NCBI GenBank assembly: GCA_046301895.1
Contig: JBKCJG010000008.1
Span: forward strand, 961-64,960
Direction of reading: 5' to 3'
DNA: 64,000 bases
Source of the DNA: Flavobacteriia bacterium
GTDB taxonomy: Bacteria; Bacteroidota; Bacteroidia; Flavobacteriales_D; Crocinitomicaceae
Of the stretch, positions 52,752 to 61,625 are shown piece after piece. Both the position numbers and the translations under genes were made by a program. A model generated the notes under the pieces. It saw only the letters and a list, made by a program, of their open reading frames with translations, ran no database searches and had not been told where the DNA came from. The first letter of the stretch is position 1. Every line of letters begins with the position of its first letter.

Positions 52752-52878
52752 GGACAAAACTAGTGATTTTGATCTGATATTTTCAGAAGGGGAATAATGG
52801 GGGTAGGATTCTATATCCAGTATAAATAAAGTTTATATTAAATAACATTGTAACATGTTGAATATTAGATTAATTGTA

Positions 52879-52886
52879 TAAATTTG
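52879..52886 (+). promoter_or_regulatory. -7 box TAAATTTG with TTG 21 nt upstream, promoter of the 52913 gene
   Basis: Exact TAnnTTTG. TTG at 52858-52860. Confidence 0.45.
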
Positions 52887-52912
52887 CGGCGATAATTATT
52901 AAAAACAATTCC

Positions 52913-53257
52913 ATGAAAAGAATGCTATTAACTTTAACTGTGCTGCTAACCACAGCGATGACAACATTTGCTCAAGACTCTGAGCAGAGAGCAATCAACA
53001 GAGCAGAAGCTGCTGCTCGACAATTTTGCGAGGTTCCTCAGGGATATGAATTGGTTTCCTACACTGCCCCTTACATGGCTTGTGACTACAGGTTAAACAA
53101 CAACCCGAATACGATGGGTTACATCGTTTATGTGAGTGCTAAACCAAATTGTCCTCCAAATCAGCTATGTATACAAGTAATTTATCCTGTTGCTACAATT
53201 ACAGTAAACTGTGATCTTTCTGTTGACAGTATAATCTGTGGTGAGGCTGGGCTTTAA
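52913..53257 (+). CDS. Small secreted Cys-rich hypothetical protein, 114 aa
   Basis: Signal peptide MKRMLLTLTVLLTTAMTTFAQ. 6 Cys in the mature part. Followed by a terminator. Confidence 0.55.
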   Translation: MKRMLLTLTVLLTTAMTTFAQDSEQRAINRAEAAARQFCEVPQGYELVSYTAPYMACDYRLNNNPNTMGYIVYVSAKPNCPPNQLCIQVIYPVATITVNCDLSVDSIICGEAGL

Positions 53258-53276
53258 TTGTTACTGAAATAATTGT

Positions 53277-53305
53277 AAAAGCGACTCTAAAGGGTCGCTT
53301 TTTTT
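53277..53305 (+). terminator. Rho-independent terminator
   Basis: GCGAC (53281-53285) pairs with GTCGC (53294-53298), followed by 7 T. Confidence 0.75.
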
Positions 53306-53336
53306 AGTTTCGATGTTCAGTACTGTTCACTTTTCA

Positions 53337-53344
53337 TATTTTTG
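53337..53344 (+). promoter_or_regulatory. -7 box TATTTTTG, 14 nt upstream of ATG 53359
   Basis: Exact TAnnTTTG. Confidence 0.4.
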
Positions 53345-53358
53345 AAAAAAAGAGATGA

Positions 53359-54033
53359 ATGGCATTTTTTAAAAAGGAATTTACCGAGTTCTTTATCGAA
53401 CTCGCAGCAAACAACCACAAAGATTGGTTCGATCTAAATCGTAAACGATATGAGACTTTTGTAAAAGATCCTTTCAAGAATTTTGTTCAGCATTTGATTA
53501 CAGAGTTATCGAAGATCGATAAACGTTTCGAAGAACTTGAGCCAAAGGATTGTATTTTCAGAATCAACAGAGATATCCGATTCTCGCAGGATAAGACACC
53601 TTATAAAATGTATACAGGAGCTGTAATTGCCCCCGGTGGTAAAAAAAGCAAGGCGATAAATGGGGTTTATATCGAACTTGGCCCGGAACATTTCCGAGTA
53701 TATGGTGGGATTTATGAGATCGATAAGGAGGATCTGCTTATCGTGAGGGAAGGCATCGCCGCAGAAGGGGATAAGTTTCGAAAAGCTTATATGTCAACTT
53801 CATTCAAAAAGGTCTTTGGTGAAATACTGGGCGACAAGAACAAGATAATTCCAAAAGAACTCAAGAAAGCCGCTGAAAAAGAACCTTTGATTTACAATAA
53901 ACAATGGTATTTTTATGCCGAATTCGAACCTGAAACTATTCTAAAGAAGGAGATTGACACTATAGTTATTGATTGTTTCAAAGCAGGAAAACCAGTGGAG
54001 GATTTTTTTAACGGATTGATCAAACGCAATTAA
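53359..54033 (+). CDS. DUF2461 (TIGR02453) family protein
   Basis: FFIELAANNHKDWF...FRINRDIRFSQDKTPYK. Length 224 aa. Confidence 0.85.
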   Translation: MAFFKKEFTEFFIELAANNHKDWFDLNRKRYETFVKDPFKNFVQHLITELSKIDKRFEELEPKDCIFRINRDIRFSQDKTPYKMYTGAVIAPGGKKSKAINGVYIELGPEHFRVYGGIYEIDKEDLLIVREGIAAEGDKFRKAYMSTSFKKVFGEILGDKNKIIPKELKKAAEKEPLIYNKQWYFYAEFEPETILKKEIDTIVIDCFKAGKPVEDFFNGLIKRN

Positions 54034-54039
54034 AAAGTT

Positions 54040-56172
54040 ATGTTGAAGTATATTTTATTTATCGGTGCTATCGCACTTACTACGGTCACGGATGCTCAGA
54101 AAAAAGACCTAACACTGAAAGATGCCGTAATGGGGCAGTTCAGAACATTTGGTCCCGACAGGCTTTATGGTTTTCAATGGATCCCAAAAACCGACTCTTA
54201 CACTTTTTTCAGCAAGAACTATCAGATTCTTTACAAGAACTCAGTGAAAGGCACTGCTGATCAAGAGATCCTCACAGTTCAGAAATTAAGTGCTGCTTTA
54301 GGAGCTGAATTATCAAGTCTTTTTGGGTTAGAATGGAAGAATGAAAATGAGATCTTAATTAATGACGGCCTCAATTTTTTCACCTACAACCTTGTCACCG
54401 AAAAAGGAACGAAATTTCACAGTCTTGATGAGACTGCTGAAAATGCACTTATCCACGAGGAATCCGGGAATGTTGCTTTTACCAAAGGGAATAACGTTTA
54501 TGTGAACACTAAAGAAGGATCTAAACTGGTGGTAACGGACAATGCTGACAAAAATATCGTTTCCGGACAGGCGATTGCCCGCAGTGAGTTTGGCATTTCC
54601 GGTGGATTGTTCTGGTCACCGAATGGCCAATATCTGGCTTTTTATCAGAAGGACGAAACGAATGTACATGATTATCCGCTTCTTGATGTCAATAAGACTC
54701 CGGGGGAACTGATCTCTATCAAATACCCGATGGCAGGTCAGTCCTCAGAAAAACCGAAAGTTGGGATCTATCATATTGGAACAAGACAAACTGTATTCAT
54801 TTCTCCGAAAGGAGCCGAGGATGATTACCTTACTAATTTGACCTTCACGCCGGATAATAAATACGTGATTATAGCAGAGGTTAACAGGGATCAAAATCAT
54901 ATGTGGTTGAACGTATACGAATTGAAAACCGGAGCTTTTGTCAGAACGCTTTTGGAAGAATCGAATGAAAAATGGGTTGAACCGGAACACCCTGCTTACT
55001 TTCCAAATGCTACATCGAATAATTTTATATGGATATCTGAAAAAGATGGTTTCAATAACCTGTACTATTATGATTTCAATGGGAAGCTGATCAAACAGCT
55101 TACTGCCAATAAATTTGTAACAAAGGATATTCTTGAGGCCAAGAATGGTGGTAAACTTATCTATTTCTCCGCAACTGGAGCCAACGGAATGAACACATTA
55201 GTTTATTCTGTGGATCTTTCCGGCAAACAAACACTGGTGACCAAGGTCGACGGAACACATGAATTCAGCTTGACAAGCGATGGAAAATTCTATTATGATG
55301 CATTTTCCAATCATTCTACCCCACACAAAGCAGAGATATTCACTTCCTCAGGTAAAATAGCAAAGTTTCTGATCGAGAGTAAAGAAAAACTGGAAGATTA
55401 CAATATTGGTGCTTCCGAGATCAAATTACTTACCGGCAAAGATGGTTCCACGTTGTATTCAAGACTTATTAAGCCGAGTAATTTCGATCCAAATAAAAAA
55501 TATCCTGTTTTGGTCTATGTATACGGTGGTCCACACGCACAGATGGTCACTAATTCATGGCTGGACGGGGCGAATCTTTGGATGTACTGGATGGCGGAAC
55601 AGGGTTATCTTGTATTCACCCTTGACGGAAGAGGGTCTGCTGAAAGAGGTTTTGCATTCGAATCTCAGATCCACCGACAACTCGGTACCGTTGAAATGGA
55701 AGATCAGTTGACAGGTGTTGAGTATTTGAAGTCGCTGCCATATGTTGATGGAAACCGGTTAGCGGTGCATGGTTGGTCATTCGGAGGATTCATGACTACT
55801 TCATTGATGCTTCGAAATGCCGGTGTTTTCAGGGTAGGTGTTGCAGGAGGTCCTGTTACAGACTGGAAATATTATGAGATTATGTATGGCGAGCGATATA
55901 TGGACCGGCCTGATCAGAATCCAAAGGGTTACGAGCAGGCTTCATTGATGACTCACGCAGGCAGCTTGAAAGGAGATCTTCTTTTGATACATGGAACAAT
56001 CGATGACGTGGTAGTCATGCAGCATAACGAAGCATTGGTTAAGAAATTTATTGAACTTGGCATTCAGATGGATTTCTTCCCATATCCAATGCACAAGCAC
56101 AATGTAATGGGTAAGGATCGTGTACATTTGATGGAGAAGGTGTTGACGTATGTCATTGAGAATAATCAATAA
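54040..56172 (+). CDS. Dipeptidyl-peptidase IV-like S9B serine peptidase
   Basis: Signal peptide, DPPIV N-terminal propeller, catalytic GWSFGG, and D/H in LLIHGTIDD...HKHN. Confidence 0.9.
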   Translation: MLKYILFIGAIALTTVTDAQKKDLTLKDAVMGQFRTFGPDRLYGFQWIPKTDSYTFFSKNYQILYKNSVKGTADQEILTVQKLSAALGAELSSLFGLEWKNENEILINDGLNFFTYNLVTEKGTKFHSLDETAENALIHEESGNVAFTKGNNVYVNTKEGSKLVVTDNADKNIVSGQAIARSEFGISGGLFWSPNGQYLAFYQKDETNVHDYPLLDVNKTPGELISIKYPMAGQSSEKPKVGIYHIGTRQTVFISPKGAEDDYLTNLTFTPDNKYVIIAEVNRDQNHMWLNVYELKTGAFVRTLLEESNEKWVEPEHPAYFPNATSNNFIWISEKDGFNNLYYYDFNGKLIKQLTANKFVTKDILEAKNGGKLIYFSATGANGMNTLVYSVDLSGKQTLVTKVDGTHEFSLTSDGKFYYDAFSNHSTPHKAEIFTSSGKIAKFLIESKEKLEDYNIGASEIKLLTGKDGSTLYSRLIKPSNFDPNKKYPVLVYVYGGPHAQMVTNSWLDGANLWMYWMAEQGYLVFTLDGRGSAERGFAFESQIHRQLGTVEMEDQLTGVEYLKSLPYVDGNRLAVHGWSFGGFMTTSLMLRNAGVFRVGVAGGPVTDWKYYEIMYGERYMDRPDQNPKGYEQASLMTHAGSLKGDLLLIHGTIDDVVVMQHNEALVKKFIELGIQMDFFPYPMHKHNVMGKDRVHLMEKVLTYVIENNQ

Positions 56173-56205
56173 GGATTTAGGTGAAATCGATATCTTTGGT
56201 ATCCT

Positions 56206-56213
56206 TAATTTTG
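56206..56213 (+). promoter_or_regulatory. -7 box TAATTTTG, 8 nt upstream of ATG 56222
   Basis: Exact TAnnTTTG. Confidence 0.4.
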
Positions 56214-56221
56214 ACAAATAA

Positions 56222-58315
56222 ATGGCATCAACTGCAATGAAGTCTGTAAATCCTGCCGGCGTTGTTTCGAAAGAAACCTTACTATCAGCATTTCAACTGA
56301 TGTGTACAGCTAAAACAATGGCTGAAAAATATGAGGCGAACAAGGAAGTTACTTCTAAATATGTTCATGCCACATCGCGGGGTCACGAAGCGATCCAGTT
56401 AGCGGTTGGTATGCAGCTGAAACCACAAGATTGGGTTTCGCCTTATTACCGTGACGACAGTATTCTTCTTGGAATTGGCATTACACCGTATGAATTGATG
56501 TTACAGGTGTTCGCGAAGAAAGATGATCCGTTTTCTGGAGGACGCACCTACTATTCGCATCCTTCGCTGAAGCGCGACAATATGCCGAAGATTCCTCACC
56601 AGTCATCAGCAACAGGTATGCAAGCAATCCCTACTACTGGTATTGCCATGGGTATACAGTACAAAGAGAAGGAAGGATTGGCAGAAGACTTTGGAGGGCA
56701 AGATCCTGTTGTAGTTTGCTCTTTGGGTGACGCATCGTGCACAGAAGGGGAAGTTTCTGAAGCTTTACAAATGGCAGCATTAAAACAGTACCCGATCGTA
56801 TATCTTGTTCAGGATAACGGCTGGGATATCTCTGCAAATGCATCAGAAACCAGGGCGCAAGACATGACCTTTTATGCACAAGGTTTTAATGGTATCGAAG
56901 TGCGCACGATGGATGGAAGTGATTTTCAGCTTTCTTATCAGACTGTTCAGGAGGTCTTCGACATTGTAAGAACAGAACGGCGTCCGTTCATCATTCATGC
57001 GAAAGTGCCTTTGCTCGGACATCATACATCCGGAGTTCGAAAAGAGTGGTATCGGGATGATCTAGAGGAGGCAGCAAGTAGGGATCCTTATCCTAAATTA
57101 AAGGCTCTGCTGCGTGAATCTGACATTGATGAAGCAGATATCATAAATATTGAAGCGGAAACCCGAAGGTTGATAGATTCAGAGTACGAGAAAGCGATGA
57201 ATGCTGAAGATCCTGACCCTCATTCTGTAACAGATTTCATTTTTGCACCTACCCCGATAATTGAAGAAAAAGGGGAACGAGAGCCGAAAGGAAAGAAGAA
57301 AACTGTAATGGTGGATTCTGCACTATTCGCCGTGCGAGAGATTATGGAAAAACACCCTGAAGCGCTGTTGTACGGTCAGGATGTCGGTGGTCGTCTTGGA
57401 GGAGTTTTCCGTGAGGCGGCTACTTTGGCTCAGCAATTTGGTGACAATCGAGTATTCAATACCCCGATCCAGGAGGCCTTTATCATTGGGTCAACCGTAG
57501 GAATGTCTGCAGTTGGACTAAAACCATTCGTAGAAGTTCAATTCGCTGATTATATCTGGCCGGGATTAAACCAGTTATTTACAGAAGTTTCGCGGTCATA
57601 CTATTTATCGAATGGTAAATGGCCGGTGAGTTGTGTTATACGGGTACCGATCGGTGCATATGGTTCAGGAGGCCCCTATCATTCCTCAAGTGTGGAATCA
57701 GTATTAACGAACATTCGGGGTATAAAAGTAGCTTATCCGTCTACGGGTGCCGACCTAAAAGGATTAATGAAATCTGCATTCTATGACCCGAATCCGGTGG
57801 TCATTCTGGAACACAAAGGCTTGTACTGGTCGAAAATTCCGGGTACGGAGGGAGCAATGTCAATCGAACCTGACGATGCGTACATCATTCCATTTGGAAA
57901 AGCCCGCGTAGTTCAGGAGGCGAGTGCAGAGTATGTGGCGAAAGGCACCTCTTGTGCGGTGATAACGTATGGGCGAGGGGTATATTGGGCTTTGGAGGCT
58001 TCCAAGTCATTCGACGGCAAGGTTGAGATAATCGATCTTAGAACATTGAATCCGCTAGACCACGAAATGATCAATACAGTTTCGGCCAAGCATGGTAAGG
58101 TGATGCTTGTCACGGAGGAATCCATAGAAGCCTCTTTTACACTTGGTTTAGCTGGAAGGATACAGCGTGATAATTTCGAATACCTTGATGCACCTGTCTC
58201 CATTGTAGGTTCCGTCGACACTCCAGCGATACCTTTAAATTCCGCCTTGGAGGCTGCGCTTCTCACAAATGCTGAAAAGGTTAAAACAGCCTTGAACGAT
58301 CTCTTGAATTTCTGA
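56222..58315 (+). CDS. Fused alpha/beta E1 component of a 2-oxoacid dehydrogenase (TPP-dependent)
   Basis: The alpha part carries the TPP motif GDASCTEGE...NGW. The beta part reads GQDVGG..GGVF, FNTPIQE. Length 697 aa. No E2 or E3 gene is adjacent. Confidence 0.9.
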   Translation: MASTAMKSVNPAGVVSKETLLSAFQLMCTAKTMAEKYEANKEVTSKYVHATSRGHEAIQLAVGMQLKPQDWVSPYYRDDSILLGIGITPYELMLQVFAKKDDPFSGGRTYYSHPSLKRDNMPKIPHQSSATGMQAIPTTGIAMGIQYKEKEGLAEDFGGQDPVVVCSLGDASCTEGEVSEALQMAALKQYPIVYLVQDNGWDISANASETRAQDMTFYAQGFNGIEVRTMDGSDFQLSYQTVQEVFDIVRTERRPFIIHAKVPLLGHHTSGVRKEWYRDDLEEAASRDPYPKLKALLRESDIDEADIINIEAETRRLIDSEYEKAMNAEDPDPHSVTDFIFAPTPIIEEKGEREPKGKKKTVMVDSALFAVREIMEKHPEALLYGQDVGGRLGGVFREAATLAQQFGDNRVFNTPIQEAFIIGSTVGMSAVGLKPFVEVQFADYIWPGLNQLFTEVSRSYYLSNGKWPVSCVIRVPIGAYGSGGPYHSSSVESVLTNIRGIKVAYPSTGADLKGLMKSAFYDPNPVVILEHKGLYWSKIPGTEGAMSIEPDDAYIIPFGKARVVQEASAEYVAKGTSCAVITYGRGVYWALEASKSFDGKVEIIDLRTLNPLDHEMINTVSAKHGKVMLVTEESIEASFTLGLAGRIQRDNFEYLDAPVSIVGSVDTPAIPLNSALEAALLTNAEKVKTALNDLLNF

Positions 58316-58321
58316 GAACTA

Positions 58322-59563
58322 ATGACAACTAAGCAATTCTATCTTCTTTGCCTGATTGGGATAACATTCATAGGTGGAATGCTGATGTTTCTGTTATGGC
58401 GACAGATTAAATTGAAATCAAGTGAAAACAGGGGAATGCTATTTATTTCTTTGGCAATGTTCTCGTGGACACTTGTTGGTATATACAAATTTTCTGATCC
58501 CCCAATGCCATCCCTAATCAATGCGATAAATGACAGGATTTTGTCAGCTTTCAGCAATATGTTCCTACTTGCTTCATTGCCGTATTTTCCCAATGTATTT
58601 GAGGATTTAAAGGAGCGTTTTTCAATATTTAGAAAACCTGACCAATGGATCAATAGTATTTTTATTTTTTTTGCCATCATTACCGTGATCTTTACGCTGA
58701 TCGATCGAAGTGTTGAGTCAGACCTCGGAAGGAAAGCCATTATTGCTGTTGATTCCTTAATTTCAACAACAACCATCCTGTTAATATCGATCGCCTTGTA
58801 TCAGTCATTGTCCCGATTCTGGTCGGATAAGGTTTTAAAGGTCTTTCTGGCTGTCATGTTCATCCTGTTGATATCAACGCAAGTAATTTTACCAATGATT
58901 GCCATCTTCCCAGAGATCTTCAGACCTTTTTATCTATACGCACTTGTGCTTCTTCTGCTTGGACTGACGTTCTTTAACTTTGTAAGTATTGCTTATTTTG
59001 GTATGGTTAATATGGAGATGACAGCTATTGCCGATATTGAGTACGGAAAAAGTAAAAAGGCCATCTATAATCCGGATGCATTAAAAGTTGGTTATGACAA
59101 GCAACGGAAACTATATTTTGTGCGGATCGGTTTCATTTCTTCAGTTGAACCCGCAAAGGTTAAGGAGATCGAAGTGAGTACTTCTAAATTGTTGCAGCCA
59201 TTTGCCAATTGGGTATTGTTTGCTCTTGCACGCAAGCACGATTGCAAATTGTCGAATCAGGATCTTTCCACCAGTAAGTTCCGTATGGTTGAGTTTTGGA
59301 ACAGAGACGGAGAAATAAAACTAACACAGGAGCAAGTCTTTAATAATGATCGCGGATTCTTTGATCTTAAAATTGAAATATCCAGTATATCGATTGAAGA
59401 TCCAGAATTCTTGCGCTCTAAGTTCATAATTCGTGAAGCAGTTCTAAAACACGAGGATAATTTTGAGAAACTGGCTCAACGAATTTCAGCTGAAAAGTCT
59501 TTTTCCCGTGCATCTAAACAGGAGCAGTTAATACAGTATTTATTTGACTCAATGAATTCATAA
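58322..59563 (+). CDS. Seven-TM membrane protein with an ~170-aa cytoplasmic C-terminal domain of unknown family
   Basis: Seven hydrophobic helices in aa 8-235. The C-terminal domain has no motif I recognise. Sits 6 nt after the E1 gene. Confidence 0.7.
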   Translation: MTTKQFYLLCLIGITFIGGMLMFLLWRQIKLKSSENRGMLFISLAMFSWTLVGIYKFSDPPMPSLINAINDRILSAFSNMFLLASLPYFPNVFEDLKERFSIFRKPDQWINSIFIFFAIITVIFTLIDRSVESDLGRKAIIAVDSLISTTTILLISIALYQSLSRFWSDKVLKVFLAVMFILLISTQVILPMIAIFPEIFRPFYLYALVLLLLGLTFFNFVSIAYFGMVNMEMTAIADIEYGKSKKAIYNPDALKVGYDKQRKLYFVRIGFISSVEPAKVKEIEVSTSKLLQPFANWVLFALARKHDCKLSNQDLSTSKFRMVEFWNRDGEIKLTQEQVFNNDRGFFDLKIEISSISIEDPEFLRSKFIIREAVLKHEDNFEKLAQRISAEKSFSRASKQEQLIQYLFDSMNS

Positions 59564-59657
59564 GTAATTAGTTATGCGTTTATTGTAATTGGATGTAATT
59601 CATTGAAGGATTACGGAATATTATTTTAAGGGGGTTGAATTTCAATCTATTCTAATA

Positions 59658-61361
59658 TTGTTCTGTATCAAACATGTAGCCGTGCTCTCGAAAAATCCAG
59701 TAACAAAAACGTTTACTGCTGTAATTATTTTAATTGCCTGTACAATTGGTGGTTTTAATAAGGTGCGCTGTCAAATTCTTTTTAATGCGAACATTGCGGC
59801 GACTCCTGTTAGTTTGAATGGAGCAAATGGCTCTTGTGCAAGTCCAGGAACAAGCTCTCCGAATGTTTTCAGTGTGAATGTTACTAATGTTGGTATATTA
59901 TCCTCTTCAAAAGCATTGTGTAGAATTAATGTAACCTTCACGAATTGTACAGGATCCTTTAATGTTGGATCCAACACGAATCCTGCTGATAATGGTGTCC
60001 AATTTAGATTAATGGCGCCAGATGGAACTTGTTTTGGAGTGTATAGCGGCGGATTGTCATCCAGCTACAACGGTACGCTATCCTTTGCATTGGTTTCGAG
60101 CACTTCTTGTTTAAATAATCCTAATACCGCCAATATGCCTTCTGGGGCAACTGCAAATTCTTTTGTTTCAAATTCAAATAGTGGATTTTTTGCGGCTGGA
60201 TGGAATGGTACAGGACTTGATCTGACTTCTTCTTTTAACGGGGTGAACGCAAACGGAACGTGGAAATTGATCTTTAGTGAAACAACTGTATCACCTCCTT
60301 GTTTATCTTCAGCATCGCTTGTTTTCGGTAACCCATCAGTGAATAATCAGATTGGGAATGGTGATGACTGCAGTAATCCAATCGTTTGGGATGGAGGACC
60401 GATATGTGCATCTACTGGTGGTATGACAAGCAGTTCACAGATGCCAGGCTGGCAGGGTCCGGGTTTAAACACGTGGGGCAACTTCAACGGAGGGGTTTCT
60501 TGCGACTGGAATTTTGCCAATAACAATGATGTATGGATTCGTTTTGTTGCTCAATCAAATCAAGTATGTATTAATATTTCCGGGTTAGATTTTGATTCAC
60601 AATCCGTAGTTGTCAGTGATCCCAATACGGATGGAGATAACAATCCATGCACAGGTTCCGGTGGTGGGCGTTACTGGAATTTAATTTCGTGCCCCAGACC
60701 ATCCATTTATGGCGCAACGGCTGGCACATCAGATTGTCAGAATCATTGCTTTTCTGCAACCGCTGGACAGACATATTACCTTGTTGTGGACGGGAACGGT
60801 GGCGCAGAAACACCGTTTTATGTTGTGGCTACCTCAGGTACAATCAACACCTTACCAGTGGAATTGATTGCATTTAATGCAAACTATCAGGATAGGATAG
60901 TTCATATTGACTGGCAAACTGCTTCAGAAATGAATAACGATTTTTTTACCATAGAACGGTCAAATGACGGCTTGAATTGGGAAGTTTTGGATATCATAGA
61001 CGGCGCTGGGAATAGTGATAAAATTCTTTCCTATCAAACTTTTGATCAACTTCCACATATCGGGGTTAGCTATTATCGTCTAAAGCAAGTTGATTATGAT
61101 GGTAAGTCTTCGTTCTCCGAGATACGAAGCGTTCATAATATGCGGCAATTAACGATCACTCCGAATCCAAGTTCTGGTAAATTCGTTATTAGCGGATTGT
61201 CTGGTCATAACAAGATACGACTTATTGATATGTCAGGAAAGGTATTGGAAATGCATTCAATAGAACACGTTTCATGTGAGTTGGACCTGACTGACAGACC
61301 ATCCGGAATGTACATGGTAATGATCCCTGGCTCGCAACCAATAAGAATATTAAAAGAGTAA
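59658..61361 (+). CDS. T9SS cargo with a proprotein-convertase P-domain-like module but no protease domain; type A CTD
   Basis: P-domain-like FRLMAPDGT...VNANGTWKLIFSE. Central Cys-rich domain. CTD ITPNPSSGKFVISGL...GMYMVMI...RILKE. TTG start is uncertain. Confidence 0.8.
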   Translation: MFCIKHVAVLSKNPVTKTFTAVIILIACTIGGFNKVRCQILFNANIAATPVSLNGANGSCASPGTSSPNVFSVNVTNVGILSSSKALCRINVTFTNCTGSFNVGSNTNPADNGVQFRLMAPDGTCFGVYSGGLSSSYNGTLSFALVSSTSCLNNPNTANMPSGATANSFVSNSNSGFFAAGWNGTGLDLTSSFNGVNANGTWKLIFSETTVSPPCLSSASLVFGNPSVNNQIGNGDDCSNPIVWDGGPICASTGGMTSSSQMPGWQGPGLNTWGNFNGGVSCDWNFANNNDVWIRFVAQSNQVCINISGLDFDSQSVVVSDPNTDGDNNPCTGSGGGRYWNLISCPRPSIYGATAGTSDCQNHCFSATAGQTYYLVVDGNGGAETPFYVVATSGTINTLPVELIAFNANYQDRIVHIDWQTASEMNNDFFTIERSNDGLNWEVLDIIDGAGNSDKILSYQTFDQLPHIGVSYYRLKQVDYDGKSSFSEIRSVHNMRQLTITPNPSSGKFVISGLSGHNKIRLIDMSGKVLEMHSIEHVSCELDLTDRPSGMYMVMIPGSQPIRILKE

Positions 61362-61378
61362 AATACGGCTACTCAATC

Positions 61379-61457
61379 ATAGATTAAGTTTTAGGTTTAA
61401 GTTAAGGTTAGTTAGGTTGATGTAGAGGAGTTTGTAGTCGGACTCTTCGATTTGTCG
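61379..61457 (+). ncRNA. Second copy of the C-free AGGTT-repeat element plus hairpins (3' UTR element or small RNA)
   Basis: A 60-nt C-free tract (61379-61438) contains GTTAGGTTGAT, identical to 15284-15294. Hairpin GAGGAGT/ACTCTTC at 61425-61448 and a mini-hairpin at 61446-61459. Confidence 0.3.
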
Positions 61458-61488
61458 AAACCCCGAAGGTATTTACTTCGGGGTTTTT
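61458..61488 (+). terminator. Rho-independent terminator
   Basis: CCCCGAAG (61461-61468) pairs with CTTCGGGG (61476-61483), followed by TTTTT. Confidence 0.8.
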
Positions 61489-61580
61489 AATTAATTGGAG
61501 AACAAGTGACTAAGTCTAAATTGTAATTTTCGGTAAGGAAGTGTAAGATTATAATTTACTTAAAAAATACATTGGAGATA

Positions 61581-61588
61581 TAAATTTG
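61581..61588 (+). promoter_or_regulatory. -7 box TAAATTTG, 37 nt upstream of ATG 61626
   Basis: Exact TAnnTTTG. Confidence 0.4.
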
Positions 61589-61625
61589 AAGAATAAAGAA
61601 TTAATTAAACTAAAGTTAGATTCAA

